A DNA stretch of 44,670 bases, from positions 1 through 44,670 of the forward strand of contig JBFKDW010000017.1 of NCBI GenBank assembly GCA_041619515.1, given 5' to 3'. The stretch comes from Acidimicrobiia bacterium (GTDB lineage Bacteria; Actinomycetota; Acidimicrobiia; Spongiisociales; SHLN01). This document shows positions 1 to 9,409 of this stretch, piece after piece; within the stretch, counting starts at the first letter, position 1, and the number at the start of each line of letters is the position of its first letter. Made by a program: the position numbers and the translations under genes. Under the pieces are notes generated by a model, which was not told where the DNA came from, ran no database searches, and was given only the letters and a program-made list of their open reading frames with translations.

Positions 1-27
1 AAGACCCGGCGCTGTGCGCCGGGTCTT
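1..27. terminator. Perfect 12-bp hairpin, likely intrinsic terminator
   Basis: aagacccggcgc-tgt-gcgccgggtctt, about 50 nt past the stop of the minus-strand gene ending at 75. The minus-strand U-tract would run off the window edge. Confidence 0.55.
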
Positions 28-74
28 CTCCATGGCCGGGACTTTTCATGGGCGCAGCGCCCCCGCCGTGACAG

Positions 75-1652
75 CTAGTCCCCGGATTTCCCCTCGTCGT
101 CGGCAGGCTCTTCCAGCAGCTCGTCGAACCCCTTCACCACCTCCTGGAGATCGTCGGACAGCTCGAGCGACGGATGGCTCTGGCTGATCGGCCGCCCTTC
201 CTGGAGCAGAAGCCAGTCGAAGTCGTGGTTGACCCTGCGACGCCAACGACGCCGCCGGGTCCCCACCGACCGCGCACCCAGCCCGAGAACGGCGCCGGCC
301 CCGAAAAAGGTCCACGTCAGCACACCAACTTGCGGTCCTTCGATAGTGGGATCGAAGAAGGCGTTCACCAGGATTGCCGTCATCGCCAGCATGAGCCACA
401 AGCACAATCCGGCTCGACGGTCCTCACCCAACTCCCGGAACTGGCGGCGCGCCCGTGCCAAGCCGGAAAACCAGCTCGTCAACATGGCGATCCATAGGCC
501 CATTCCCACCAGCCCCATGCGCGCCAGCACCGACAGATGTGAGTTGTGCGGGTTGCGCAGCGGAACGGAGTCGTTGGGGTTCTCGAACTCGTAGCGGACC
601 GCCAGGTTCTCGCCGAACCCGAATCCGGTGAGCACCCGCTCGGCTACCAGAACGTCTTCCATCACGAGATTCCAGAGGTTGAGCCGCCACTGGGTCGTGT
701 TGTCGAACCGGCTGCCCGAGGTCGCCTCCTCCGTCACCGACTGGAAGTTCTCCAACACCTGTTCAACCGACAGCTCCCTGCGATCCAACTGGAACCTCAC
801 GTCGAGGGCCGCCGCCAGGATCCCGACCAGCAGCCCGACAACGAGCACTCCCACCATTGCCCTGCGAGCGTGGCGAGCCACCACGTAGGCAACGGCGAGG
901 ATGACGAACGCGGCCAGGAACCCTCCCCGGCTCTGGGTGCCAACCGCCACCGTCAGCAAGAGGCCGACAAGTGTCAGTGTGGTCGCCCGCCGGCGCAGTT
1001 CCTTCGACGCCGACGGGCCGACGACGATGATGAGGAAGGTGAGCGCGATGGCGACGTTCACCGCAATATTGGCCGTCTTGTGGGCGGTTACCCGGGTTCG
1101 TGAATCGGGAATCCGTGGCCCGATGGAGGCCTGGGCCAGGGCGAACCGGATGATCATCAACACGAAGAAGTACGGCAGGAAACGGGTGATCCGGTCGACG
1201 AGCTCATCCCACAGGTCCGGGTTGTACAGCAGCAGCACCGAGCTGATGAGGGCGAACACCCCGTAGTACCACAGGGCGCTGTCGCGAATGGCGTCGATGC
1301 CCCAGCTGCTGAAGCCTTCGAAGGCGAGGGCAAAGCCCCAGAGCATGAACAGGAGCAGCAACTGGATGGGGCGGCTGACACGGATGAGGCGCCCGAGGTG
1401 GGGGGTCTGGAGTACCACGAGCAGCCCGAACACCATGGCTACTTCACCGACGAAGATGGGAGTGCCGGGTATGTGAATCCATGCAAACGTGCGGTCGAAC
1501 AGCACATACCCACCGAGGACGAAGGCCATGACCCGGGTGAGCAGCACGAAGTTGTGATCGAGTCTCCGTCCCGCCGCAGCTCTCCTCGAGCGGGACGGGA
1601 TGGAGACGGGAGGTGGTCGGGTGGTGGGTTGCATGCGGAACTCCGGGGTCAT
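75..1652 (-). CDS. O-antigen ligase / Wzy_C family polytopic membrane protein
   Basis: Many hydrophobic segments, TQSRGG motif, R..LW and NPHNSHL..L...G.VG motifs typical of WaaL/Wzy_C. Alternative start ATG at 1634 has a GGAG upstream. Confidence 0.8.
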   Translation of the reverse strand: MTPEFRMQPTTRPPPVSIPSRSRRAAAGRRLDHNFVLLTRVMAFVLGGYVLFDRTFAWIHIPGTPIFVGEVAMVFGLLVVLQTPHLGRLIRVSRPIQLLLLFMLWGFALAFEGFSSWGIDAIRDSALWYYGVFALISSVLLLYNPDLWDELVDRITRFLPYFFVLMIIRFALAQASIGPRIPDSRTRVTAHKTANIAVNVAIALTFLIIVVGPSASKELRRRATTLTLVGLLLTVAVGTQSRGGFLAAFVILAVAYVVARHARRAMVGVLVVGLLVGILAAALDVRFQLDRRELSVEQVLENFQSVTEEATSGSRFDNTTQWRLNLWNLVMEDVLVAERVLTGFGFGENLAVRYEFENPNDSVPLRNPHNSHLSVLARMGLVGMGLWIAMLTSWFSGLARARRQFRELGEDRRAGLCLWLMLAMTAILVNAFFDPTIEGPQVGVLTWTFFGAGAVLGLGARSVGTRRRRWRRRVNHDFDWLLLQEGRPISQSHPSLELSDDLQEVVKGFDELLEEPADDEGKSGD

Positions 1653-1741
1653 CGTATCGAGATCCCGGCTCTCAGATCAGTGTCGGACCGGCGGGCGGCA
1701 GGCTTGAGGAAACAGGTGGGCGGGCCGCGAGAGGTGGGCGC

Positions 1742-2338
1742 TCAGGCGCTCAGCCAGCCGGCGGCGGAATACTGGGCCTTCATGTATCGATACTCGTCCT
1801 CGAGCAGGCCCCAGACCGAATGGTCCATCCACTCCCCGTTCACCTGGAGTTCCTGGCGCAGCAGCCCTTCTCGGGTGAATCCCAGCTTCTCGGCCACCCG
1901 CTCGCTGCCACGGTTTCCGAGCGCGATTCGCAACACGACACGATGGAGAGCCAGTTCATCAAAGGCAACTTCCAGGATCCTGGCGGTTGCCTCTGTTGCC
2001 ACGCCCTTGCGGGTCTCGCTCGACCTGATCCAGTAGCCGACCTCTCCTACTCGCGACTGGCGTGATGTGTACCAGACCGACACGTTGCCAACGTGGAATC
2101 CGGGATTGGTGAGGTACCGAATCGTGAAATCGTAAGCGCGCCCCTCACCCCACGCCGACACGGAATCCCTCAGGAACACGAGTGCGTCGCGACGGCCGTA
2201 GCCCGAATGTGCCCACGGGAGCCACCTGTTGAGGTCGGCGAGGGAGTCGGCGGCCGCATCGACAAGCGCATCGAGGTCGCGGCGCCGAAACGGGCGCAGC
2301 TCCAGCCGCGGAGTATGCCTGGGCGATCCGCTGAGCAT
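1742..2338 (-). CDS. GNAT N-acetyltransferase, RimJ/RimL type
   Basis: TPRLELRPF, EVGYWI...RKGVATEA, N..S.RVAEKLGF..EG.LR. Start placed at ATG 2338, which follows GGAGGGAG. Confidence 0.88.
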   Translation of the reverse strand: MLSGSPRHTPRLELRPFRRRDLDALVDAAADSLADLNRWLPWAHSGYGRRDALVFLRDSVSAWGEGRAYDFTIRYLTNPGFHVGNVSVWYTSRQSRVGEVGYWIRSSETRKGVATEATARILEVAFDELALHRVVLRIALGNRGSERVAEKLGFTREGLLRQELQVNGEWMDHSVWGLLEDEYRYMKAQYSAAGWLSA

Positions 2339-2456
2339 CCCCGGGCTCCCTCCCATGGGTTGTGGTCGAGGCATTGGTGAAGCATATCTTCCGCCGCCCA
2401 GCGCCAGGCACGCCGAAGCGGCCGGCCGGCCGTGGAAGAAGCCGTAGGCTTCCCCG

Positions 2457-3002
2457 ATGGCCTCGCTCTGGGACACCCTCACCGATCTTCCGTCCGATCA
2501 CCTGGGCCCGCTGGCACCGACGGCAGCAGTGTTGGTGCCTTTGTTCGAAGACGACGACGAAATCGTCCGGGTCGTCATCACCAAACGGCCCGACCACATG
2601 CCCTCACACCCAGGGCAGCTGGCATTTCCCGGCGGCAAGATCGATCCGGTGGACGATTCGGTGCTGGCGGCCGCCCTTCGGGAGGCCGACGAGGAGGTCG
2701 GGATCCAGCCCCACCAGGTAACGCCGCTCGGGTTCCTTGATCCGGTGTCGACCAACCGCTCCGACGTCGTGGTCGCTCCCTTGGTTGGCCGGCTCGACCG
2801 GGTGCCACGGCTAGTCCCCGATCCTGCGGAGGTGGCGGCCACCATGGTGCCACCCCTCCACTACTTCCTCAACGAAGACCGCTGGCGCACCGAGAACTGG
2901 TCGGGGCACGAATTGTGGTTCATCGAGGTCGAAGGCGAAGTCCTGTGGGGCGCCTCGGCCGCCATCATGCGGTCGCTGCTCGGTGTGATCAGAGGGCGGT
3001 GA
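2457..3002 (+). CDS. Nudix hydrolase, CoA pyrophosphatase family
   Basis: AAVLVPL, R...M.SHPGQLAFPGG, Nudix box AALREADEEVGI, LWGASA. TAGGCT lies 6 nt before the ATG. Confidence 0.9.
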   Translation: MASLWDTLTDLPSDHLGPLAPTAAVLVPLFEDDDEIVRVVITKRPDHMPSHPGQLAFPGGKIDPVDDSVLAAALREADEEVGIQPHQVTPLGFLDPVSTNRSDVVVAPLVGRLDRVPRLVPDPAEVAATMVPPLHYFLNEDRWRTENWSGHELWFIEVEGEVLWGASAAIMRSLLGVIRGR

Positions 3003-3726
3003 ACAACGGCGCCAGCATGAGGGCAGGGAGCAGATTCCCCACCCGGATGCGCTTGAGATCCAGCAACCGCAGGCCGACGGCGATCAGCAGTACGCCGCCG
3101 GCGGAGGTCAGGGCCTCGAGTGATGCATCGGACAGAAAGTCGCCGAGCAGCGCCGAGATACCGGCGATCCCGCCCTGCACCACCAGCACCGTGGCAGCCG
3201 AGGTGATAACGCCCCAGCCGTAGACGGCGGCGAACGCCACCGAGGCGAATCCGTCCAGCCCCGCCTTGATATAGAGCAGCTCGGGATCACCGAGGCCGTC
3301 GTTGATCGACCCGAGCACGGTGAGCGGGCCGACGCAGAACACGAGGGAGGCGACCACAAAACCCTCGGCAAAACGGTTGCGGGGGCTGGGCGGGAGGCTA
3401 TCGACGGCCGCCTCCGGCAGCTCGGGGTCGATGGCGGGGGAGGTGTGCTGGCCGGCAAAACGGTCCCGGAGCCGGTCTCCGATCCACTCCAGCCCCTGTT
3501 CGATGTGCATCAGCTCACCGATGACCCCGCCGGCGAGGATGGCCGCAAGGATCGGGATGAACTCGTCGGCGGCGAGCGAGTCCCGGAACCCGATGGCCAG
3601 CGTGAGCAGGCCCAGAGCCGACATGACGGTCGATCGGATCCGCTCGGGGAACCGGGTGCCCGCCAGGGCACCGAGGGTGGATCCCACCAGCACCGTCGCA
3701 ACATTGGCAGCCGTACCCAGGAACAT
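2989..3726 (-). CDS. DUF554 family membrane protein
   Basis: GT..N...V..GS..G N-terminus, EGFV.ASL.FCVGP..V.GS..DGL, K..LDG motif, C-terminal IRVGNLLPAL. Lies directly downstream of cimA. Confidence 0.85.
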   Translation of the reverse strand: MFLGTAANVATVLVGSTLGALAGTRFPERIRSTVMSALGLLTLAIGFRDSLAADEFIPILAAILAGGVIGELMHIEQGLEWIGDRLRDRFAGQHTSPAIDPELPEAAVDSLPPSPRNRFAEGFVVASLVFCVGPLTVLGSINDGLGDPELLYIKAGLDGFASVAFAAVYGWGVITSAATVLVVQGGIAGISALLGDFLSDASLEALTSAGGVLLIAVGLRLLDLKRIRVGNLLPALMLAPLFTAL

Positions 3727-3727
3727 G

Positions 3728-5284
3728 TCAGGTCAGCCGCAGCAGCCCCACAACCACTCCATCCGCCACCGCCTCCCAAGAGGCCTCGATGATGTTTTCG
3801 TGGACGCCGACGGTGCCCCAGGCTTCCCGGCCGTCGCTCATCTCGAGAAGGACGCGGGTGACCGCAGCGGTGCCCGCCGCCGGATCGAGCACTCGCACCC
3901 GGTAGTCGGTCAGGCGAAGGTGCTCGATCTGTGGGAAATTGACTGCCAGCGCCTGCCGCAGGGCCCGGTCGAGCGCGTTCACCGGCCCGTCTCCCTCGGC
4001 GGTGGCCACAACCCGTTCGCCCTTCACGTGCACCTTGATGGTCGCTTCGGCGACGACCTCCCCGTCCGCCCGGCGTTCGGTGAACACGCGGAAGGATTCC
4101 AGCTCGAAGAAGGGCTGTTCCCACCCGGTGGCTCTGCGAACGAGCAGCTCGAAGGTGCCGTCGGCCGCCTCGATCTGATAGCCGCGCCCCTCGAGATCCT
4201 TGACCGTCGCCAGGATGCCGGCGGCTGTCTCGTCGTCGAGGTCCAATCCCTGCTCCCGAGCCTTGCCGAGGACCGTCGATCGGCCCGCCATCTCCGAAAC
4301 GACCATGCGGGTCGTGTTGCCGACCTCGGCAGGGCTGATGTGCTCGTAGGCGTCGGAGCGGCGGGCGAGGGCGGACGTGTGCAACCCTGCCTTGTGGGCG
4401 AACGCCGAGGTTCCGACATACGGGTGATGGGGATCCACCGTGATGTTGACCAGGTCGGCGATGAGGTGGGAGATCGTGGTCAGCCGGGTGAGCCGCTCCT
4501 TGGGAATCGCCTCGATCCCCAGCTTGAGCACCAGGTCCGGCAGCACCGTGCACAGGTCGGCGTTTCCGGTCCGCTCCCCGTAGCCGTTGACGCATCCCTG
4601 CACCTGGACAACGCCGGCTGCCACTGCCGCCAGCGTGTTGGCCACCGCGCAGCCCGAGTCGTTGTGGGTGTGGATCCCGAGGGCGGCCGAGGGGACCGCC
4701 GCCCGCGTGGCGGATACGGCAGCGGTCACCGACGCCGGCAGGCCGCCTCCGTTGGTGTCACATAGGATGACGCGTTCGGCCCCGGCTGCGGCGGCGGCGG
4801 CAACCACCTCCAGCGCGTATTCGGGGGTGTTGGTGAAACCGTCGAAGAAATGCTCGGCGTCGAAGAAGACCCGCTTCCCTTCGTTGCGGAGGAAGGTCAC
4901 CGTGTCCGTCACCATGGCCACCCCCTCTGCCAGGGTGGTGCGCAGAGCCTCGGTGACGTGGTAGTCCCAGGACTTGCCGACTACACAGATCACCTCGGTT
5001 TCGGCTTCGAGCAGCGCCTGCAGCTGCGGATCCGAGCCGGCGTCTTCCCCGGCCCGCCTGGTTGACCCGAACGCCGTCAGGGTGGCGCTTCCCAGGTCGA
5101 GCTCCTTGGCGGCTCGGGCAAAGAACTCGGTGTCCTTCGGCAAGGCCCCCGGCCATCCGCCCTCGATGTAGTGCACGCCGAGCTCGTCGAGGAGGGTGGC
5201 GACGCGCAGCTTCTCCTCGACGGTGAGGCTGATCCCCTCCCGCTGGGCCCCGTCGCGCAGGGTGGTGTCGTATATCTCGACCAT
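3728..5284 (-). CDS. cimA: Citramalate synthase (LeuA/CimA DRE-TIM family)
   Basis: YDTTLRDGAQREG, IEGGWPG, FFDAEHFFDG, HTHND, GYGERTGNA, AFAHKAGLH and a C-terminal regulatory domain (GPVNALD.ALR...WGTVGV.ENII.ASW). Confidence 0.9.
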   Translation of the reverse strand: MVEIYDTTLRDGAQREGISLTVEEKLRVATLLDELGVHYIEGGWPGALPKDTEFFARAAKELDLGSATLTAFGSTRRAGEDAGSDPQLQALLEAETEVICVVGKSWDYHVTEALRTTLAEGVAMVTDTVTFLRNEGKRVFFDAEHFFDGFTNTPEYALEVVAAAAAAGAERVILCDTNGGGLPASVTAAVSATRAAVPSAALGIHTHNDSGCAVANTLAAVAAGVVQVQGCVNGYGERTGNADLCTVLPDLVLKLGIEAIPKERLTRLTTISHLIADLVNITVDPHHPYVGTSAFAHKAGLHTSALARRSDAYEHISPAEVGNTTRMVVSEMAGRSTVLGKAREQGLDLDDETAAGILATVKDLEGRGYQIEAADGTFELLVRRATGWEQPFFELESFRVFTERRADGEVVAEATIKVHVKGERVVATAEGDGPVNALDRALRQALAVNFPQIEHLRLTDYRVRVLDPAAGTAAVTRVLLEMSDGREAWGTVGVHENIIEASWEAVADGVVVGLLRLT

Positions 5285-5298
5285 ACCCTCCTCCTTTC

Positions 5299-5327
5299 AA
5301 AGAAAAACCCTCCGGTGTTCCGAAGGG
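5299..5327 (-). terminator. Intrinsic terminator in the cimA 5' leader (attenuator)
   Basis: Minus strand reads cccttcgg-aaca-ccggaggg followed by tttttcttt, directly upstream of the cimA SD (aaggaggagg). Confidence 0.75.
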
Positions 5328-5357
5328 CAGGAGCGCATACGTATGGCGGCGTATGCG

Positions 5358-5387
5358 CTAACTAATGAGGATCCGGTGGCTGTTCAC
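5358..5387 (-). CDS. Putative attenuator leader peptide (M)NSHRILIS
   Basis: gtg aac agc cac cgg atc ctc att agt tag. Ile-Leu-Ile control codons lie between a promoter and a terminator upstream of cimA. Confidence 0.65.
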   Translation of the reverse strand: MNSHRILIS

Positions 5388-5396
5388 GAGGGCGCC

Positions 5397-5425
5397 AGTG
5401 TACGGCACGCAGTGTCTTCTGTCAC
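5397..5425 (-). promoter_or_regulatory. Housekeeping-sigma promoter for the cimA leader
   Basis: GTGACA-17 nt-TACACT on the minus strand, ending 9 nt before the leader GTG. Confidence 0.65.
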
Positions 5426-5464
5426 TTCCCGGCCGGGTTGGCGTACCGCTAACCTCGCGTCTCC

Positions 5465-6448
5465 ATGTCCAAGCAAGTCGTCTTCTCCGGAATCCAGCCG
5501 ACCGGTGATATTCACATCGGCAACTACCTTGGCGCCCTTCGCAACTGGGTGCGGCTCCAGGCCGACTACCAGACGATCTACTGCATCGTCGACCTGCACG
5601 CGCTCACCATCCCGCAGGACCCCGCACAGTTCGAGGCCGATCGGCTGGAAGCCGCCAAGATGGTGATCGCCGCCGGCGTGAATCCCGACACGTCCCTGTT
5701 CTTCTATCAGAGCCAGGTACCCCAGCACACGGAGCTGGCCTGGATCCTCGGCACGCTGACGCAGCTCGGATCGTTGAATCGGATGACGCAGTTCAAGGAC
5801 AAGTCCGATCGGCAGGGTGAGAACCTCGGCTTGTACTCATATCCGGTGCTCATGGCCGCCGACATCCTCATCCATCACGCCCACAAGGTGCCGGTGGGCG
5901 ACGACCAGGTACAACACCTGGAGTTGAGTCGCGATCTGGCGGAGCGTTTCAACCGGCGGTACGGCGAGGAGTTCCCGGTGCCGGAGGGAATCATTCCCGA
6001 GCACGGCGCCCGCGTCATGTCCCTCCAGGACCCGACTGCCAAGATGTCGAAGTCCGATCCCAATCTGGGCAGCCGCATCCTGCTGCTCGACGACCCGGAT
6101 GTGGTCCGCAAGAAAGTAGGGCGGGCGGTGACCGATTCGGGCTCCGATATCGAATACGACTGGAACGCCAAGCCCGGCATCACCAACCTGCTGGAGATCC
6201 TGTCGTTGTTCACAGACACCGGGGTCGAGAAGCTGGTGAACGAGCACAACGGCAAGCAATACGGTGAGTTCAAGCAGGTCGTTGCAGAAGCCATCGCCGA
6301 CGGGCTGGCTCCCATCCGGGCCGCCTACAACGCCCTGGAAGACGAGGAGGTGTCGCGCATCATGAATCGCGGGGCCCTCGATGCTCGTTCCAGCGCCGAG
6401 AAATACCAGGTGGGGGTGCGCCGGAGGGTGGGCCTGACCAGCCACTAG
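5465..6448 (+). CDS. trpS: Tryptophan--tRNA ligase
   Basis: SGIQPTG, HIGN, YPVLMAADIL, VPVGDDQ.QHLE, KMSKS. Confidence 0.97.
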   Translation: MSKQVVFSGIQPTGDIHIGNYLGALRNWVRLQADYQTIYCIVDLHALTIPQDPAQFEADRLEAAKMVIAAGVNPDTSLFFYQSQVPQHTELAWILGTLTQLGSLNRMTQFKDKSDRQGENLGLYSYPVLMAADILIHHAHKVPVGDDQVQHLELSRDLAERFNRRYGEEFPVPEGIIPEHGARVMSLQDPTAKMSKSDPNLGSRILLLDDPDVVRKKVGRAVTDSGSDIEYDWNAKPGITNLLEILSLFTDTGVEKLVNEHNGKQYGEFKQVVAEAIADGLAPIRAAYNALEDEEVSRIMNRGALDARSSAEKYQVGVRRRVGLTSH

Positions 6449-6558
6449 GGCTGCCGGGCGCCCTCCGAGTCTGGAGCCGATAGTGTGCCCCAAGGGGGTT
6501 TTTCGCGACTCGGTCGCATGGTTGTCTGCCTCACCGGTGCCACTGGTACCCTCGCGCC

Positions 6559-7719
6559 ATGGCAGATATCGAGATTGGTATTGGCAAGACCGGGCGTCGG
6601 GCGTATGGCTTCGACGACATCGCAATCGTGCCGTCGCGCCGGACCCGCGATCCGGAGGACATCGACCTGACCTGGGAGATCGACGCCTACTCCTTTGCCC
6701 TTCCCCTGATGGCCTCGGCCATGGACTCAGCGGTCAGCCCGGCAACTGCCGTTGAGATCGGCCGGCTGGGTGGGCTGGCCGTTCTCAACCTGGAAGGGCT
6801 CTGGACCCGCTACGAGGACCCCAACACCCAACTCGAGGAGATCGCAGCGCTGCCGGCCGAAAAGGCCACCCGTCGCATGCAGGAGATCTACCAGGAGCCC
6901 ATCAAGCCCGAGCTCATCGGCCGGCGAATCTCAGAAATGCGGGAAGCCGGGATCATCACCGCCGCCAGCCTCACCCCCCAGCGCGTCGAGCAGTACGCAG
7001 CCGTGACGCTGGAGGCAGGGCTGCATGTGCTCGTCATCCAGGGCACGGTGGTGTCTGCCGAGCACGTCTCGAGCCGGACCGAGCCGCTCAATCTGAAGGA
7101 CTTCATTCGCAACTTCGAGCTGCCGGTGATAGTCGGCGGGGTCGCCTCCTACTCGACGGCGCTCCACCTCATGCGCACCGGCGCAGTCGGCGTGCTGGTA
7201 GGGGTGGGCCCGGGTGCGGCCTGCACCACCCGGGGAGTCCTCGGCATTGGCGTTCCGCAGGCCACCGCCATCGCCGATGCGGCCGGAGCGCGCATGCGCC
7301 ATCTCGACGAAACCGGCCGATATGTCCACGTCATCGCCGACGGTGGGATGCGCCGGGGAGGCGACATCGCCAAGGCCATCGCCTGCGGAGCGGATGCCGT
7401 GATGATCGGCTCTCCGCTGGCGTCGGCTCAAGAGTCGCCCGGCCGGGGGGTCCACTGGGGGATGGCGACGTTCCATCCCACCCTGCCGCGCGGCGCTCGT
7501 GTCGAGGTCGGCGCGCTCGGAACACTCGAGGAAATACTCGTCGGGCCTGCCTCCGAGAACGACGGTCGTCGCAACCTCTTCGGCGGGCTGCGGGTTTCCA
7601 TGGCCACAACCGGTTACGAGACCATCAAGGACTTCCAAAAGGCCGAAGTCATGGTTGCCCCCGCACTGCAGACCGAAGGCAAGGCGCTCCAGAAGGCCCA
7701 GCAGGTGGGGATGGGCTGA
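6559..7719 (+). CDS. guaB3: GuaB3-family IMP dehydrogenase-related protein
   Basis: [26 protein letters not shown]-terminus, [23 protein letters not shown]. Confidence 0.9.
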   Translation: MADIEIGIGKTGRRAYGFDDIAIVPSRRTRDPEDIDLTWEIDAYSFALPLMASAMDSAVSPATAVEIGRLGGLAVLNLEGLWTRYEDPNTQLEEIAALPAEKATRRMQEIYQEPIKPELIGRRISEMREAGIITAASLTPQRVEQYAAVTLEAGLHVLVIQGTVVSAEHVSSRTEPLNLKDFIRNFELPVIVGGVASYSTALHLMRTGAVGVLVGVGPGAACTTRGVLGIGVPQATAIADAAGARMRHLDETGRYVHVIADGGMRRGGDIAKAIACGADAVMIGSPLASAQESPGRGVHWGMATFHPTLPRGARVEVGALGTLEEILVGPASENDGRRNLFGGLRVSMATTGYETIKDFQKAEVMVAPALQTEGKALQKAQQVGMG

Positions 7720-9269
7720 TGCCATCCCCAGACGAGAGCTTCGATCGAGTGCTGGTCGTCGACTTCGGTGCTCAATACGCTCAGCTGATCGCCCGCCGGG
7801 TTCGGGAAGCCCACGTCTTCTCCGAGATCATTCCCCGCCATACCACCGCCGCCGAGGCCGCGCAGCGCAACCCCACCGCAGTCATCCTCTCGGGCGGACC
7901 GGCTTCGGTCTACGCAGAGAGTGCCTACGACATCGACCCGGGCTTCTTCGAGCTGGGAGTTCCCGTTCTCGGCATTTGCTACGGCCACCAGCTGCTGGCG
8001 AACTCCTTGGGAGGCGTGGTCGACCGGCGGGAGGCCGGCGAGTATGGCAAGGCGGAGCTGGAAACCACCGGCGAAGCTTCCACCTTGTTCGCCGGGCTGC
8101 CCGAACACCAGACCGTCTGGATGAGCCATGGTGATGCCGTCGCCAAGGCTCCGCCCGGTTTCCTGGTGACGGCCCACACGCCGGGCTCACCTGTGGCGGC
8201 GATGGAAGACCCATCTCGGCGCCTGTTCGGAGTCCAGTTCCATCCCGAGGTTGCCCACACGCCGCGCGGCCAGGAGCTGCTGAAGCAGTTTCTCTACGAG
8301 GCATCCGGTGCCAGGCCGACGTGGACCCACGTCTCCATCATCGAGCGAGCGGTCGGCCACATCCGCAGCCAGGTGGGCGATCGCCGGGTGATCTGCGGGC
8401 TGTCCGGCGGCGTGGATTCGGCGGTGGCGGCCGCCATGGTTCACAAAGCGGTCGGTGATCAGCTGACCTGTGTCTTCATCGATCACGGGTTGCTGCGCCT
8501 CGGCGAGGCCGAACAGGTGGTGGAGACCTTCGATCGTGCCTTCCACGTCAACCTGATTCACGTCAACGCTGCCGACCGGTTCATCAGCGCCCTGGAAGGC
8601 GTCACCGACCCCGAGCGCAAGCGCATGATCATCGGGGAAACCTTCATCAGGGTGTTCGAGGAGGTCGCCGCCGGCCTGGACGACGTCGACCTGCTCGTGC
8701 AGGGCACCCTGTATCCGGACATCATCGAATCCGGAACCAAGGATGCCGCCAAGATCAAGAGCCACCACAATGTCGGGGGACTGCCCGACGACATGCAGTT
8801 CGAGCTGGTGGAGCCCCTGCGCGACCTGTTCAAGGACGAGGTGCGGGCGGTCGGCGAAGAGCTCGGGCTCCCGGACGAGATCGTGTGGCGCCAGCCGTTC
8901 CCCGGGCCCGGGCTCGCGATACGGATCATCGGAGAGGTCACCGAGGAGCGTCTCGCCATCCTTCGCGCCGCCGACCACATCATCGCCGAAGAAGTACGCC
9001 GCGCCGGGCTCTACAAGGACCTGTGGCAATCATTCGGGGTCCTGGCCGGCATTCGAACGGTCGGAGTCCAGGGCGATGAGCGTACTTACGCCCACCCTCT
9101 CATCCTGCGGGCGGTGACCTCCGACGATGCCATGACCGCTGATTGGGCACGGCTCCCCTACGAGGTGCTGGAGCGAATCTCGTCGCGCGTGATAAACGAG
9201 GTGGATGGAATCAACCGCGTGACCTACGACATCTCCTCGAAGCCTCCGGCCACGATCGAGTGGGAGTGA
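7719..9269 (+). CDS. guaA: GMP synthase (glutamine-hydrolysing)
   Basis: [43 protein letters not shown]. Confidence 0.98.
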   Translation: MPSPDESFDRVLVVDFGAQYAQLIARRVREAHVFSEIIPRHTTAAEAAQRNPTAVILSGGPASVYAESAYDIDPGFFELGVPVLGICYGHQLLANSLGGVVDRREAGEYGKAELETTGEASTLFAGLPEHQTVWMSHGDAVAKAPPGFLVTAHTPGSPVAAMEDPSRRLFGVQFHPEVAHTPRGQELLKQFLYEASGARPTWTHVSIIERAVGHIRSQVGDRRVICGLSGGVDSAVAAAMVHKAVGDQLTCVFIDHGLLRLGEAEQVVETFDRAFHVNLIHVNAADRFISALEGVTDPERKRMIIGETFIRVFEEVAAGLDDVDLLVQGTLYPDIIESGTKDAAKIKSHHNVGGLPDDMQFELVEPLRDLFKDEVRAVGEELGLPDEIVWRQPFPGPGLAIRIIGEVTEERLAILRAADHIIAEEVRRAGLYKDLWQSFGVLAGIRTVGVQGDERTYAHPLILRAVTSDDAMTADWARLPYEVLERISSRVINEVDGINRVTYDISSKPPATIEWE

Positions 9270-9409
9270 CGCCGGCGGTTGGCTTCCCAGTTTCTAGGAT
9301 GGAATTGACCCGGGCGCAGCACCCGGACCGGACGGGCCCGCTTCGCCTCAAGATGGGCCTGACAGCGGTCGATAGCCCTATCTAGTCCCCCGAGAATTGT
9401 CGAGGATCC

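Noticed and set aside
5290..5464. T-box riboswitch for trpS or cimA
   Set aside because: No T-box consensus was found and the space is too short. A leader peptide plus terminator on the cimA strand explains the structure.
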